From a virus, in IMG/VR virus record IMGVR_UViG_3300042691_020140, positions 1 to 64,000 of that record: a DNA stretch of 64,000 bases. One strand, written 5' to 3'. A program made the translations under genes and the position numbers. Shown here piece after piece: positions 36,976 to 45,983 of the stretch. The notes under the pieces are model-generated. The model saw nothing but the letters and a program-made list of their open reading frames with translations, had not been told where the DNA came from and did no database searches. The first letter of the stretch is position 1. Each line of letters begins with the position of its first letter.

Positions 36976-38463
36976 ATGAGTAATAGTTTAGCAAAGTCCA
37001 CCGCCGCTTACCAACCATCCCCGTTTATGGTTAACGGACAGTTCGTAGCTGGTTACTACGACCCAACTATGCTTCCGTTCGATAACTCGAAGAAGTATAA
37101 GTACCACGACATTATCAAGTTCTGTAGATTTTACTACGATAATGACACAATCGTGGGTACGGTAATTGACCGTATGGTAGACATGGCAATCACCAAACTT
37201 AGAAATAGAAAAGACCGTGATAATCCAGACGTTGCTGTAGAGTACTACAACGCTGTAGCAGAATATCTGCAACCATACCTGAAGTTAATGGCACTTGACT
37301 ATTTTTTGCACGGCATGGCTATTCCTGAGTATACCTACGAGACTATCATGGGTAACAAAGTAGATCCTACTTTGGGTAGGAAGCGTGTGCAATTTCCCAC
37401 AAACTTTTGGGTAAGAAACGCTGAGTACATTGAGCTTCGTAGAAGACCATTAGGAACTGAGCGTGCGGTGTTTATGAAAATCCCAGATGCTGAAGTCAAC
37501 TTCATTCTTACTAAAGGTATGCGAGATGATGGTTCTAGTGATAAAGCCGGTTATCAGGAATTGGTACGTGAGTACCCTAATTATGTAAAAGCGATTGTCA
37601 GTGGTCAGCGTATTTTTCCGTTACCAGATGCACGCCCAATCTACAGAAAGCTTCGTTCTTACGACGATTATCCAAAACCATTCTTACAAAACGCTCTGTA
37701 CGCTCTTCAACACAAGTACTACTTAAAGCTTATGGATAGAAGTATTGCAGCCAGAGCTAGCGAGCTTCTCCGCCACGTAAAAATTGGTAGCGATACTTTT
37801 CCAGCTACAGATGACGACATTAAGTCAACTGAAACTGTACTTGCGACTGCCAGTGTTACTGGTGATAGAGTATTTAATCTTTTTACTAATCACACAGTAG
37901 ATATTAGTTGGGTTACTCCGCCTATGGATGCCCTACTTAATGAAGCTAAGTACATTGAGCCCAACGCTGACATTTTCTTAGCTCTTGGATTTCCTAGAAT
38001 CCTCGCAGTAGGCGAAACTATGCGTAGTAACGCTACAGACAACAAGACGGCTTCTCTTGGACCTATCAGTACCCTAAATGACCTACGTGAGGCCATAGTA
38101 AATTGGGTAGAAAGAACCTACGAAGAGTTAGCAGAAAGAAATGGGTTCACTTGGTACCCAAAGCCGTTCTTTAGTCCTATTGCACTTCAAGACATCACTG
38201 CATTGACCCAGCTTGCTATCCAAGCTCAGCAGATTGGGGCAATTAGCAAGGACACGATTGCTCAGTTGTATGGTACGACCTACGAGGAGGAGCAGGAAAA
38301 AATCGAGACAGAATATCAAGAGGTTCCGCAAGATGATACTAACCAAACCAGAGCTCCAGAAGAACAGTCACCTCCCGCCGGGGATGGGATACAGCCTGAG
38401 GAGCCCGAATCTACCACACAACAGTCTAGTAATTCATACAACAAACGGAAGAGTAGGGACTAA
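36976..38463 (+). CDS. portal protein
   Basis: About 495 aa from ATG 36976, 1 nt after terL; size and synteny. Confidence 0.8.
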   Translation: MSNSLAKSTAAYQPSPFMVNGQFVAGYYDPTMLPFDNSKKYKYHDIIKFCRFYYDNDTIVGTVIDRMVDMAITKLRNRKDRDNPDVAVEYYNAVAEYLQPYLKLMALDYFLHGMAIPEYTYETIMGNKVDPTLGRKRVQFPTNFWVRNAEYIELRRRPLGTERAVFMKIPDAEVNFILTKGMRDDGSSDKAGYQELVREYPNYVKAIVSGQRIFPLPDARPIYRKLRSYDDYPKPFLQNALYALQHKYYLKLMDRSIAARASELLRHVKIGSDTFPATDDDIKSTETVLATASVTGDRVFNLFTNHTVDISWVTPPMDALLNEAKYIEPNADIFLALGFPRILAVGETMRSNATDNKTASLGPISTLNDLREAIVNWVERTYEELAERNGFTWYPKPFFSPIALQDITALTQLAIQAQQIGAISKDTIAQLYGTTYEEEQEKIETEYQEVPQDDTNQTRAPEEQSPPAGDGIQPEEPESTTQQSSNSYNKRKSRD

Positions 38464-39040
38464 GTTCGAGAATGAGCTTCGGTTCTTAATTAATTCCCAG
38501 AATGTCAGTGCACATTATTTAGTAAGTAAACAAGGCGTAATTGTACAGATGTTAGACCCATTTAGGTATACAGCGTGGCACGCTGGTAATGTGTCTAATG
38601 TTAAGTACTCGAACGCACACTCGGTCGGTGTTGAAGTCCACTACACACCGGGTGAGGGAGTATGGACTGGTGAGATGTGGGAAGCTATAACACATTTAGC
38701 TAGATTATACTCTTCCCTTGAAGTCGTAACTCATAGGGGTATTGCAGTACCTAGAGGTAGGAAAATTGACCCGTCTGGTGTTTCAGATGCTGAGTTTGCT
38801 TACTGGAAACTTAATTTAAATAGAGCAAACAGTATCTACAAAACTAGTTTTAGGTCTAATTTACGTGAAGCACCCACTACTCAGTCTAAGATTGTCTCGA
38901 CAATCCCAGAAAACAGTACCTTGTTTAGTTTTGTGGACGATGTAGTAGAGGGTCAAACGGTTTCTGGTACGAACAGATGGCGTAAAGTGAATAACGGTGC
39001 TTTTATTTTAGAGAGCTTAATTACTAAAGTGGAGAAGTGA
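38333..39040 (+). CDS. endolysin: N-acetylmuramoyl-L-alanine amidase (Amidase_2) plus SH3b-like domain
   Basis: VIHTT, SAHY, AWHAG, GVE, TH, RKIDP; C-terminal NLREAPTTQSKIV; GAGG RBS before ATG 38333. Confidence 0.88.
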   Translation: MILTKPELQKNSHLPPGMGYSLRSPNLPHNSLVIHTTNGRVGTKFENELRFLINSQNVSAHYLVSKQGVIVQMLDPFRYTAWHAGNVSNVKYSNAHSVGVEVHYTPGEGVWTGEMWEAITHLARLYSSLEVVTHRGIAVPRGRKIDPSGVSDAEFAYWKLNLNRANSIYKTSFRSNLREAPTTQSKIVSTIPENSTLFSFVDDVVEGQTVSGTNRWRKVNNGAFILESLITKVEK

Positions 39041-39429
39041 TGTCAGACCAGATGGACAATAATAGTGTAATAGGAATCATAGCCGGATTAGTTACCGGTA
39101 TTATTGGCTCGTTCGTTGCGTTTAAAAACAACAAGGCATCAGCTGAGGCTAAGTTTAGAGAAGACCTGCTCTTGCTAATTAAGCAACATTCTGATAGAAT
39201 AAGTGCATTGGAGGAAGAGAACCGAGAATTGCTCCACACAAACCAAGAGCTAGCTCACGCTAATGTAGATGAGCACAGGAAGCAGCAAGAGATGATGAAA
39301 AAGATTGCAGACTTGGAGCAAGAGCGGAGTCGGATGGCGAGTAGAATCGAGTATTTGGAAAACCGCCTCCAAGAAGTTAACACACATTTAGAGAGGATTT
39401 TGAATGAACGAAGAAATCAAGGCAGTTGA
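39037..39429 (+). CDS. membrane-anchored coiled-coil lysis-cassette protein
   Basis: One N-terminal TM helix, then coiled coil; follows the endolysin. Confidence 0.6.
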   Translation: MMSDQMDNNSVIGIIAGLVTGIIGSFVAFKNNKASAEAKFREDLLLLIKQHSDRISALEEENRELLHTNQELAHANVDEHRKQQEMMKKIADLEQERSRMASRIEYLENRLQEVNTHLERILNERRNQGS

Positions 39430-39832
39430 GATGTTGTATACACTACTTACGGGTACCATCATTCCCGTAGTTGTTTTGTGGTTGCAGAGAGTTAGTTGGC
39501 CCGGGTACTATAAGTTCGGTCTTGCGGTTATGTTGAGTGTTATTGCAGCTACTATGCTCTCTCTTATTGACGGTAAACTGACACCTGCTAATACTATTGA
39601 AAACTTTGTAACTCTGTTTACTATTTCACAAACGGTTTACTTTACGTTCTTTAGGGCACTTAACCTGCACGCATTTTTGTACCCTGATGATGTTTTGGTT
39701 AATAAGACCAAAGATATTGTAGCCAAGTCGATTGAACAAGCTATCTCACCGGAGTTAGCAAGGAACATTCTGGATGACGAGCAACCAGAGGAGCTTACAG
39801 TTAAGATTGACGTATCTGAAGCGCAAGGTTAA
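39404..39832 (+). CDS. probable holin
   Basis: 2-3 hydrophobic segments and charged C-terminus; lysis cassette. Confidence 0.65.
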   Translation: MNEEIKAVEMLYTLLTGTIIPVVVLWLQRVSWPGYYKFGLAVMLSVIAATMLSLIDGKLTPANTIENFVTLFTISQTVYFTFFRALNLHAFLYPDDVLVNKTKDIVAKSIEQAISPELARNILDDEQPEELTVKIDVSEAQG

Positions 39833-39838
39833 TACAAA

Positions 39839-39869
39839 GCACCCCCTCTGAGAGGGGGTGCACTTTTTT
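39839..39869 (+). terminator. intrinsic terminator
   Basis: GCACCCCCTCT/AGAGGGGGTGC followed by T6. Confidence 0.8.
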
Positions 39870-39882
39870 ATTGGAGAAAAAT

Positions 39883-41199
39883 ATGAACACAATTTTGAAT
39901 AATGATTGTATGGAAGAGCTTAAGAACTTTCCGGACAATATTCTAGACAGCGTAGTCACCGACCCGCCTTATGGTCTTAGTGACTTATCGCCAGAGAAGA
40001 TTACTACAACTATGATGGAGTGGGCTAGTGGTAATCACTCGTTTATTCCTAAGGGTAGAGGATTTATGAATAAAGATTGGGACTCTTTTGTACCACCACC
40101 GGCAGTTTGGAAAGAAGTTTTGAGAGTACTTAAACCCGGTGGGCATATTCTTTGTTTTGCTGGGTCAAGAACTGTTGACTTAATGACTATCAGTCTTCGC
40201 ATTGCTGGATTTGAGATTAGAGATACGCTCATGTGGATATACGGTTCTGGATTCCCTAAGTCTATGAGTGTCGGTAAAGCTATCGACAAGCACACTGGGG
40301 ACGCTCCTGAAAGCCCTAATAAAGGAAAATGGAGACCCGGGCCTCAGGGCAGCGCACCAACTCACCAAGAGGGATGGGGTACTACAGAGGTATTTGATTG
40401 GGACTTAGTTAATGAGGAAGCTCAGAAATGGGTTGGGTGGGGTACTGCTCTTAAACCAGCCGTTGAACCAATTATCTTAGCTAGAAAACCGTTAGACGGT
40501 AATGTAGCCAACAATGTACTTAAGTGGGGAGTTGGTGGAATAAACGTGGATGAGTGTAGAGTTGGTAGTGAGTCATTGCCCGAGAAGAAATCCGGTATAA
40601 ATTCTCTGATGGGTGGATTGAAAAATAAAACTAGCAATACTACCGGTATAACGCCTGAGCGCTCCGGTCGTTGGCCCGCAAACGTAATTTTTGATGAGGA
40701 TGCCGCAGTTATACTTGATAAACAGACGGGTCAGCTGAGTATGCGATTTAGTGAATCGTCTGGTTCTGAGGGCTTCTTTGGCGGTGGTAGGGCATTTAAA
40801 AGTTACGACGACGGTGATAACATGGGGGCTTCCAGATTTTTCTACGTGGCTAAGACTTCTAAGAAAGAGCGTGAAGCTGGTTTAGACGGAATGGAGGTAC
40901 GACAAACTGGTGCTATGCAGGGTAATGTCACTGGCGGGAGGCTTGGTGGAGACGGCTCAGAAATCAAGCCGATACATCGAGCTAACCACCATCCGACTGT
41001 TAAACCAGTTAAGTTGATGACATACTTATGTAGATTGATTACCCCACCCGGAGGGACTGTACTAGATCCGTTTGTAGGCTCTGGTTCAACGGGTATTGCC
41101 GCAGTATTAGAGGGCTTTAATTTTATCGGCATAGAGCAAAACCAAGAGTACGCAGAAATCGCACGCAAACGAATTGACTACCATTTGACAAGTAAATAA
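39883..41199 (+). CDS. amino (N6A/N4C) DNA methyltransferase, beta class
   Basis: DPPY before HPTVKP and DPFVGSGSTG. Confidence 0.93.
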   Translation: MNTILNNDCMEELKNFPDNILDSVVTDPPYGLSDLSPEKITTTMMEWASGNHSFIPKGRGFMNKDWDSFVPPPAVWKEVLRVLKPGGHILCFAGSRTVDLMTISLRIAGFEIRDTLMWIYGSGFPKSMSVGKAIDKHTGDAPESPNKGKWRPGPQGSAPTHQEGWGTTEVFDWDLVNEEAQKWVGWGTALKPAVEPIILARKPLDGNVANNVLKWGVGGINVDECRVGSESLPEKKSGINSLMGGLKNKTSNTTGITPERSGRWPANVIFDEDAAVILDKQTGQLSMRFSESSGSEGFFGGGRAFKSYDDGDNMGASRFFYVAKTSKKEREAGLDGMEVRQTGAMQGNVTGGRLGGDGSEIKPIHRANHHPTVKPVKLMTYLCRLITPPGGTVLDPFVGSGSTGIAAVLEGFNFIGIEQNQEYAEIARKRIDYHLTSK

Positions 41200-41213
41200 A
41201 CTTGTGCTATACT
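41185..41213 (+). promoter_or_regulatory. sigma70 promoter of the accessory operon
   Basis: TTGACA-N17-TATACT with TG. Confidence 0.85.
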
Positions 41214-41221
41214 ACTTGCAT

Positions 41222-41397
41222 AGGTTGAGCGTAGTTTCTACTCTTCTTGGTAGCCCTAGTGAGGCTGGGGCGTGCATGATAACGAAGTACTAGCCATACT
41301 GGTTATTATCATGGCTGTATGAAAGAGCAGTTAGACGAACCTCAGTTGGCTACTGAAACGGTGAAAGTGGCACACCACTACGCATTAAGCCACGCCA
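41222..41397 (+). ncRNA. candidate structured RNA or 5' leader, family unassigned
   Basis: ORF-free; GCGTAGT/ACTACGC closing stem with internal stems CTCTT/AAGAG, AGCC/GGCT, CATGATAA/TTATCATG, TCAGT/ACTGA, GGTG/CACC. Confidence 0.45.
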
Positions 41398-41415
41398 TTA
41401 AATTTAGGAGAGTAT

Positions 41416-42570
41416 ATGTTGCGAAAAGTCTTGTTGATGCTGGTTGCTTTGGTTTTGGTCTCGTGTGCAGTTGCTCCTGCTGAGACCGGTAACACCACAA
41501 TCGGTATGGTTCTGGTCGGTCCAATTAATGATGGCGGTTGGAGCCAGTCACACTACGACGCAATGAAGCGTGTGGAAAAGGACGCTGGTATCAAGTTTGT
41601 CTACGTAGACAAGGTAAACCCAGCTGACCGTCCGAATGTGAAAGTCGAGCAGGTAATTGAGGAGTTGATTGGTCAAGGTGCTACCATGATTATCACCAAC
41701 TCAGACGATTTCAAGGACGGCACTCGTAATGCCGCACTCAGTCACCCAGAGATTAAGTTTGTACACGCATCTGGTGATGACCGCATTACAGGTAAGGCAC
41801 CGGATAACTTGGGTAATGTAATGGGTAAGATGGAGTATGGGAAGATGATTGCCGGTTGTGCAGCAGCACTGACAACCAAGACCGGTAAGATTGGGTATGT
41901 CGGGCCACTCATCAATGACGAGACCCGGCGGTTGGTTAACTCCGCTTACTTGGGTGCGAACTACTGTTGGACTGCTCTTCGTGGGGAAACTACTCCACTT
42001 GAGTTCAACGTGGTCTGGGTAGGTTTCTGGTTTAACATTCCGGGAGTAACGCTTGACCCAGTTAACATCATTGGTGACTTCGTATCAACCAATCATGACG
42101 TAATCATGGGTGGTATTGACACTCCAGATGTCGCTACTCAGGTTGGCAAGCATCGTGCTGATGGTAAGGACGTGTACTCACTCCCTTATGACCATCCAGA
42201 AGCTTGTGAAAAGGGTCCGGAAGCTTGTTTGGGTGTTCCCTACTTCAACTGGTACCCAGAGTACATGAAGTTGGCCGAAGCACATAAGACCAACAGCTAC
42301 AAGCCGGATTTTGTTTGGTACGGTCCAGATTGGGATAACTTCGCTAATATGGACACAAACGGTATTGGTTTCAAGCGTGGGCAAGCGTTTACAGAAAATG
42401 CAGCACTTGACCAGTTCATCGGGGTTCTTTCAAGCGGTACTAGCCTTTGGAAAGGTCCGCTGGAGTATCAAGATGGAAGCGTATTCCTCGAAGCTGAGGT
42501 GGTAGCTTCAACGGAGCAAATCTGGTATCAGAAGAAGTTGCTCAAGGGTATTACCGGAAAGTCTGAGTGA
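41416..42570 (+). CDS. BMP-family ABC transporter substrate-binding lipoprotein
   Basis: Signal peptide with LVSC lipobox; GPINDGGWSQSHY; TKTGKIGYVG. Confidence 0.88.
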   Translation: MLRKVLLMLVALVLVSCAVAPAETGNTTIGMVLVGPINDGGWSQSHYDAMKRVEKDAGIKFVYVDKVNPADRPNVKVEQVIEELIGQGATMIITNSDDFKDGTRNAALSHPEIKFVHASGDDRITGKAPDNLGNVMGKMEYGKMIAGCAAALTTKTGKIGYVGPLINDETRRLVNSAYLGANYCWTALRGETTPLEFNVVWVGFWFNIPGVTLDPVNIIGDFVSTNHDVIMGGIDTPDVATQVGKHRADGKDVYSLPYDHPEACEKGPEACLGVPYFNWYPEYMKLAEAHKTNSYKPDFVWYGPDWDNFANMDTNGIGFKRGQAFTENAALDQFIGVLSSGTSLWKGPLEYQDGSVFLEAEVVASTEQIWYQKKLLKGITGKSE

Positions 42571-42971
42571 CAAAGTTAATTTGTTATTTCGATGGGGGGA
42601 CGCAACATGGTAGCTATGTTATCTATGTTGATAACGTCTCCCCAAAGACTATTTTATACCACCATAAATTTGACATGGACGGAATTGGCGATAGTAATCA
42701 GGGTGAGTTTACTATGCTCTTACGCATGTTACGCCGACTCCATATCCATTATGAAGATACAAGCGACATCTACTTAGACATCTACGGAGATAACACCCTA
42801 GTACCGAAGATGATTGGGAAACGAGTAGATGGGAACTGGAAAGGTGAGCTGCACACGAATGAAGCATTTACTTACCTAACAGGGAAAATCAGAGAGCGTC
42901 TGGAACGCTTCAAGGGGTTTCACTGCTACACGGTGAAACGAAAGGAGATTGCAGCACGTCTTGGACACTAA
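42567..42971 (+). CDS. RNase HI-like protein
   Basis: YFDGG, SNQGEF, IYGDN acidic triad. Confidence 0.7.
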   Translation: MTKLICYFDGGTQHGSYVIYVDNVSPKTILYHHKFDMDGIGDSNQGEFTMLLRMLRRLHIHYEDTSDIYLDIYGDNTLVPKMIGKRVDGNWKGELHTNEAFTYLTGKIRERLERFKGFHCYTVKRKEIAARLGH

Positions 42972-43251
42972 CAAGTATTATGACTTAGATATTCCTGCTA
43001 TCTATAAGTGTGTAAGTCTAGACCAGTTAGCTTCGTATGGTTATATCTTCAATAACAAAGAGTGTTATGAGGAACCTGCACCAGATGTTAATATTCTGGA
43101 CGTTGGTCTTAATAATGCCATCTTCGGGTTTCTCTACCGCTTCTTAGGTAATGGGACAGTTAACCTAAGACAAAACGGTAAGGAACTGCTGATTTATTAT
43201 AAGATGTTCGCCGGTAATAGAATTAAAGTTACTCATGTGGAGGAAGCATGA
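42949..43251 (+). CDS. hypothetical protein
   Basis: AAGGAG RBS; coupled. Confidence 0.6.
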   Translation: MQHVLDTNKYYDLDIPAIYKCVSLDQLASYGYIFNNKECYEEPAPDVNILDVGLNNAIFGFLYRFLGNGTVNLRQNGKELLIYYKMFAGNRIKVTHVEEA

Positions 43252-43508
43252 ACATACACTTACTTATGCACGTAGGCAGTCTTGATGAACTACGTGAGTA
43301 CGGCACAGTCTCCGACGTTACCTATGTCCACACTCACAAGGCTTTTCATAATGGTGGTGACGGTGTAGACTTCTGGTACGAACTCTACAAACTATACCCA
43401 AATGAGTACACGGTTACATTCGAGGACAGCGACGGTAAGTACTTAATCACTTACCAACAAGATGCACCAGATGAGGGAATTATAATTACACAGATTGAGA
43501 AGCTATGA
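43248..43508 (+). CDS. hypothetical protein
   Basis: GGAGG RBS; ATGA overlap. Confidence 0.6.
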   Translation: MNIHLLMHVGSLDELREYGTVSDVTYVHTHKAFHNGGDGVDFWYELYKLYPNEYTVTFEDSDGKYLITYQQDAPDEGIIITQIEKL

Positions 43509-43559
43509 GGTCATAAAAATACAGGAGGTAAAAACACACAGTGTTGTAAATATAAATTA

Positions 43560-44093
43560 ATGAGAAAAATTAAATGGAGATTTGTGATTGTCTATTGGCT
43601 ACTCGCCAGTCTTATGTTCATACCAAACAGAGTGGAGATAATCTCCTCGCCGCTACCGTCTGGTACAGCTATAGAACATAATATTCAGCAGATCCTCCCA
43701 GTGCTAGAGGAGTTTACGATATACCCCGGAGAAACATGGTCTTTTAACGAAGCCGTGGGCCATCCGGATAAATACCAGTTGGAAACAGTCTACGGAATCT
43801 ACGGCGGCGGTTGGTGCGACCTAGCATCCAGATACGCCGAGGTTGCAAGAAAACATGGTCTATTACTTGAGTTTAAATTACACTCCACACCGCTTCTTGG
43901 TGTAGAAAGGCAGGATAACGTATCAATATGGAACGAAGATGGTTCAGGCACGCAAGAGCAAGACTTGAGGATTACAAACAACAAATCCTATCCTATCAGC
44001 TTCCGGGTGAGCTTAGAGGACAAGAACTACCTAGTACAATCGTCCTACTCTCAGCCATTGTTCTTGCGGGGGTCTCTTTTTACTATGCCCTAA
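43560..44093 (+). CDS. VanW-like protein with N-terminal membrane anchor
   Basis: IYPGETWSFNEAVG, YGGGWCDLAS, HS, DLRITN. Confidence 0.75.
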   Translation: MRKIKWRFVIVYWLLASLMFIPNRVEIISSPLPSGTAIEHNIQQILPVLEEFTIYPGETWSFNEAVGHPDKYQLETVYGIYGGGWCDLASRYAEVARKHGLLLEFKLHSTPLLGVERQDNVSIWNEDGSGTQEQDLRITNNKSYPISFRVSLEDKNYLVQSSYSQPLFLRGSLFTMP

Positions 44094-44317
44094 TCTATGA
44101 CTGGCTTCCTGACCTATACAATAACCCAATCTATCTTCTAGCAATTCCTATGATTTTCTGGAAGTATACATGGTCAGCCGCCGCTATCCTGTTGTTACTG
44201 GATAATACTAACTTCTTCCCGGCGGAGTTCACGCTTATCCTGTCACTAGCCTATATCTACGAAATCTACAGCTATTACATTCAGGGGGTTGTCTATGAAA
44301 CTAGTGAACAAGTTTGA
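43928..44317 (+). CDS. small membrane protein
   Basis: Several hydrophobic segments; overlaps the VanW-like gene, start uncertain. Confidence 0.5.
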   Translation: MERRWFRHARARLEDYKQQILSYQLPGELRGQELPSTIVLLSAIVLAGVSFYYALIYDWLPDLYNNPIYLLAIPMIFWKYTWSAAAILLLLDNTNFFPAEFTLILSLAYIYEIYSYYIQGVVYETSEQV

Positions 44318-44555
44318 CGAGGAGATTCCACCGCTTAACCTCCTGACCGTTCGTCTTAAACTTAAGGAATGGCCCGAGTACGCAAAGATACACAAGTTAA
44401 TCAGAGAGATTGAGTCGCACACCGGCTGTCCTGCATTTACCATCAATGACTCTACGATGTTCCTGATTCAGGTGCATGTCCAGCATGTAGACCAGAAGTT
44501 CTGGAAGTCTATCGAGAACATCGAAGTCTTCGTGGTAGATATGCGAAAAATCTAA
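44295..44555 (+). CDS. hypothetical protein
   Basis: Last gene before the terminator. Confidence 0.6.
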   Translation: MKLVNKFDEEIPPLNLLTVRLKLKEWPEYAKIHKLIREIESHTGCPAFTINDSTMFLIQVHVQHVDQKFWKSIENIEVFVVDMRKI

Positions 44556-44558
44556 TCG

Positions 44559-44593
44559 TTCCCCTAGAGAAATCTAGGGGAATTTTTTTTTTT
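44559..44593 (+). terminator. intrinsic terminator
   Basis: TTCCCCTAGA-GAAA-TCTAGGGGAA followed by T11. Confidence 0.9.
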
Positions 44594-44870
44594 ACAAGTG
44601 GAAACAAGTGGAGACCAAGTGGGAACCCTAAAACCAAAAGGGACCTTTTAAAATTTTGTGAGGGTCAGTGTACCGGTCTGGGCGATTTGAGGTGCCTGAT
44701 TTTTTCTACCCTATACGACGCTCGGAAAAAATGGCGCCGTCGATTCTGAGCAATCCTAGCTATGCTAGCGACGATTATTTACGCACTCGGTCTATACGTA
44801 TGCGTATGCTAGCATGGTATATACCCGATCGTGCGTTAAAAATTGATACAAAATTGATTGTATTTTGCTA

Positions 44871-44900
44871 TTGACACGGTATGAATATTCATGCTACTAT
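44871..44900 (+). promoter_or_regulatory. sigma70 promoter of the HNH gene with a palindrome in the spacer
   Basis: TTGACA-N18-TACTAT; ATGAATATTCAT at 44881-44892. Confidence 0.7.
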
Positions 44901-44969
44901 GCGTCTCGTTGACACAACACACGCCTGACCCATACGTCATATGGCAAGTGTCAATAGCACCTTCACAAG

Positions 44970-45647
44970 TGAATAACGCCTGACCTATCGCACATGATAG
45001 GATTGATGATTATGGCTAAGGCTAAAAGTAGCGTATCAGGCGTCGCAATGCGACGCACCATGTCAGGCAAGGACGTACTATACAAGGTTATGACCTTGAA
45101 ACTTGACTATGGTATCAATTACGAGGCGCTTAAGATGGATGCCGAGTTTATCGCATTGCAATCGATAATGCGCCTCAACGACGAGCAGGACATGACATAC
45201 GACGGGTTAAAATACGTCGTTGCAGGTCCGGATGCCGGACGGGATAACCCGTCAAAAGGACTAGAGGTCCTCATTGCAAGTGTAAAAGGCGAGCTATTAT
45301 CGCCGACAGGACGCCTTGTGAAGGCACCTGCCGGATGGGAGAACTTGCAATGGATAACGCCTGAGGATGCAACGGTATGTCCTGTATGTAATGCACCTGT
45401 AGGACGCAACGTTAAGATAACTAAGGATGACGGAACTATAGGTACGTCGCCTTCGTTATCACTATCGCATGCAGTACCGAGCATCATGTTTGGAGCTACA
45501 CATGACGGCAACGTGTATGTGGAGTGTCGTAAATGCAACGCACGCCGAGGCGATAGGATGCCAAAAGTGGTGCGTGCATGGTACGAATCACTAAAATTCA
45601 CGGTATACAAGGTTAAGTAATAGCATAGATAGGTCAGGCGTTATTCA
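44970..45647. repeat. perfect 20-bp inverted repeat enclosing the HNH gene
   Basis: TGAATAACGCCTGACCTATC (44970-44989) and GATAGGTCAGGCGTTATTCA (45628-45647). Confidence 0.92.
45012..45620 (+). CDS. HNH-family endonuclease-like protein
   Basis: CPVC...SH-x-VP...G-x4-GN...CRKCN-x2-RG; probable start ATG 45012 after AGGA. Confidence 0.7.
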   Translation: MAKAKSSVSGVAMRRTMSGKDVLYKVMTLKLDYGINYEALKMDAEFIALQSIMRLNDEQDMTYDGLKYVVAGPDAGRDNPSKGLEVLIASVKGELLSPTGRLVKAPAGWENLQWITPEDATVCPVCNAPVGRNVKITKDDGTIGTSPSLSLSHAVPSIMFGATHDGNVYVECRKCNARRGDRMPKVVRAWYESLKFTVYKVK

Positions 45648-45687
45648 ATAGGTACGATTAATCGATTTTAGTATGAGGATGATTACA

Positions 45688-45936
45688 ATGGGTATTAACC
45701 TGCACTACGATGCAAAATATTCACGGGTTGACGAATACACGCACTCACGCATCAACGAAATGTTAATTGCAACGGTATACAATAACTACGGGCGCACTCT
45801 TAACCCGATAACATTCACTATGGTTGACGTTGACACGGAATGGTTGCGCTACGCCTGCTACTGGTTGACACGACGGCAATTCACGGCAACCGAGGTTATT
45901 GCAATGGCAATAATAAGTGCGAAATTCTCACGATAA
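45688..45936 (+). CDS. hypothetical protein
   Basis: GAGG RBS; followed by a terminator. Confidence 0.6.
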   Translation: MGINLHYDAKYSRVDEYTHSRINEMLIATVYNNYGRTLNPITFTMVDVDTEWLRYACYWLTRRQFTATEVIAMAIISAKFSR

Positions 45937-45948
45937 CACACACACACA

Positions 45949-45983
45949 AAATACCGCAGGCGTCGCCTGCGGTATTTTTTTTT
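45949..45983 (+). terminator. intrinsic terminator
   Basis: AAAATACCGCAGGCG/CGCCTGCGGTATTTT with a long T-run. Confidence 0.88.

Noticed and set aside
41205-41270. Canonical purine riboswitch (AGTTTCTAC present upstream of a BMP gene)
   Set aside because: The 5' part would overlap the -10 box, and the CCGTAAA loop, GACTA segment and P1 helix are missing; kept only as an unassigned structured RNA.
43560-44093. Vancomycin resistance locus
   Set aside because: Only a VanW-like domain; no vanH, vanA/B, vanX or vanRS.
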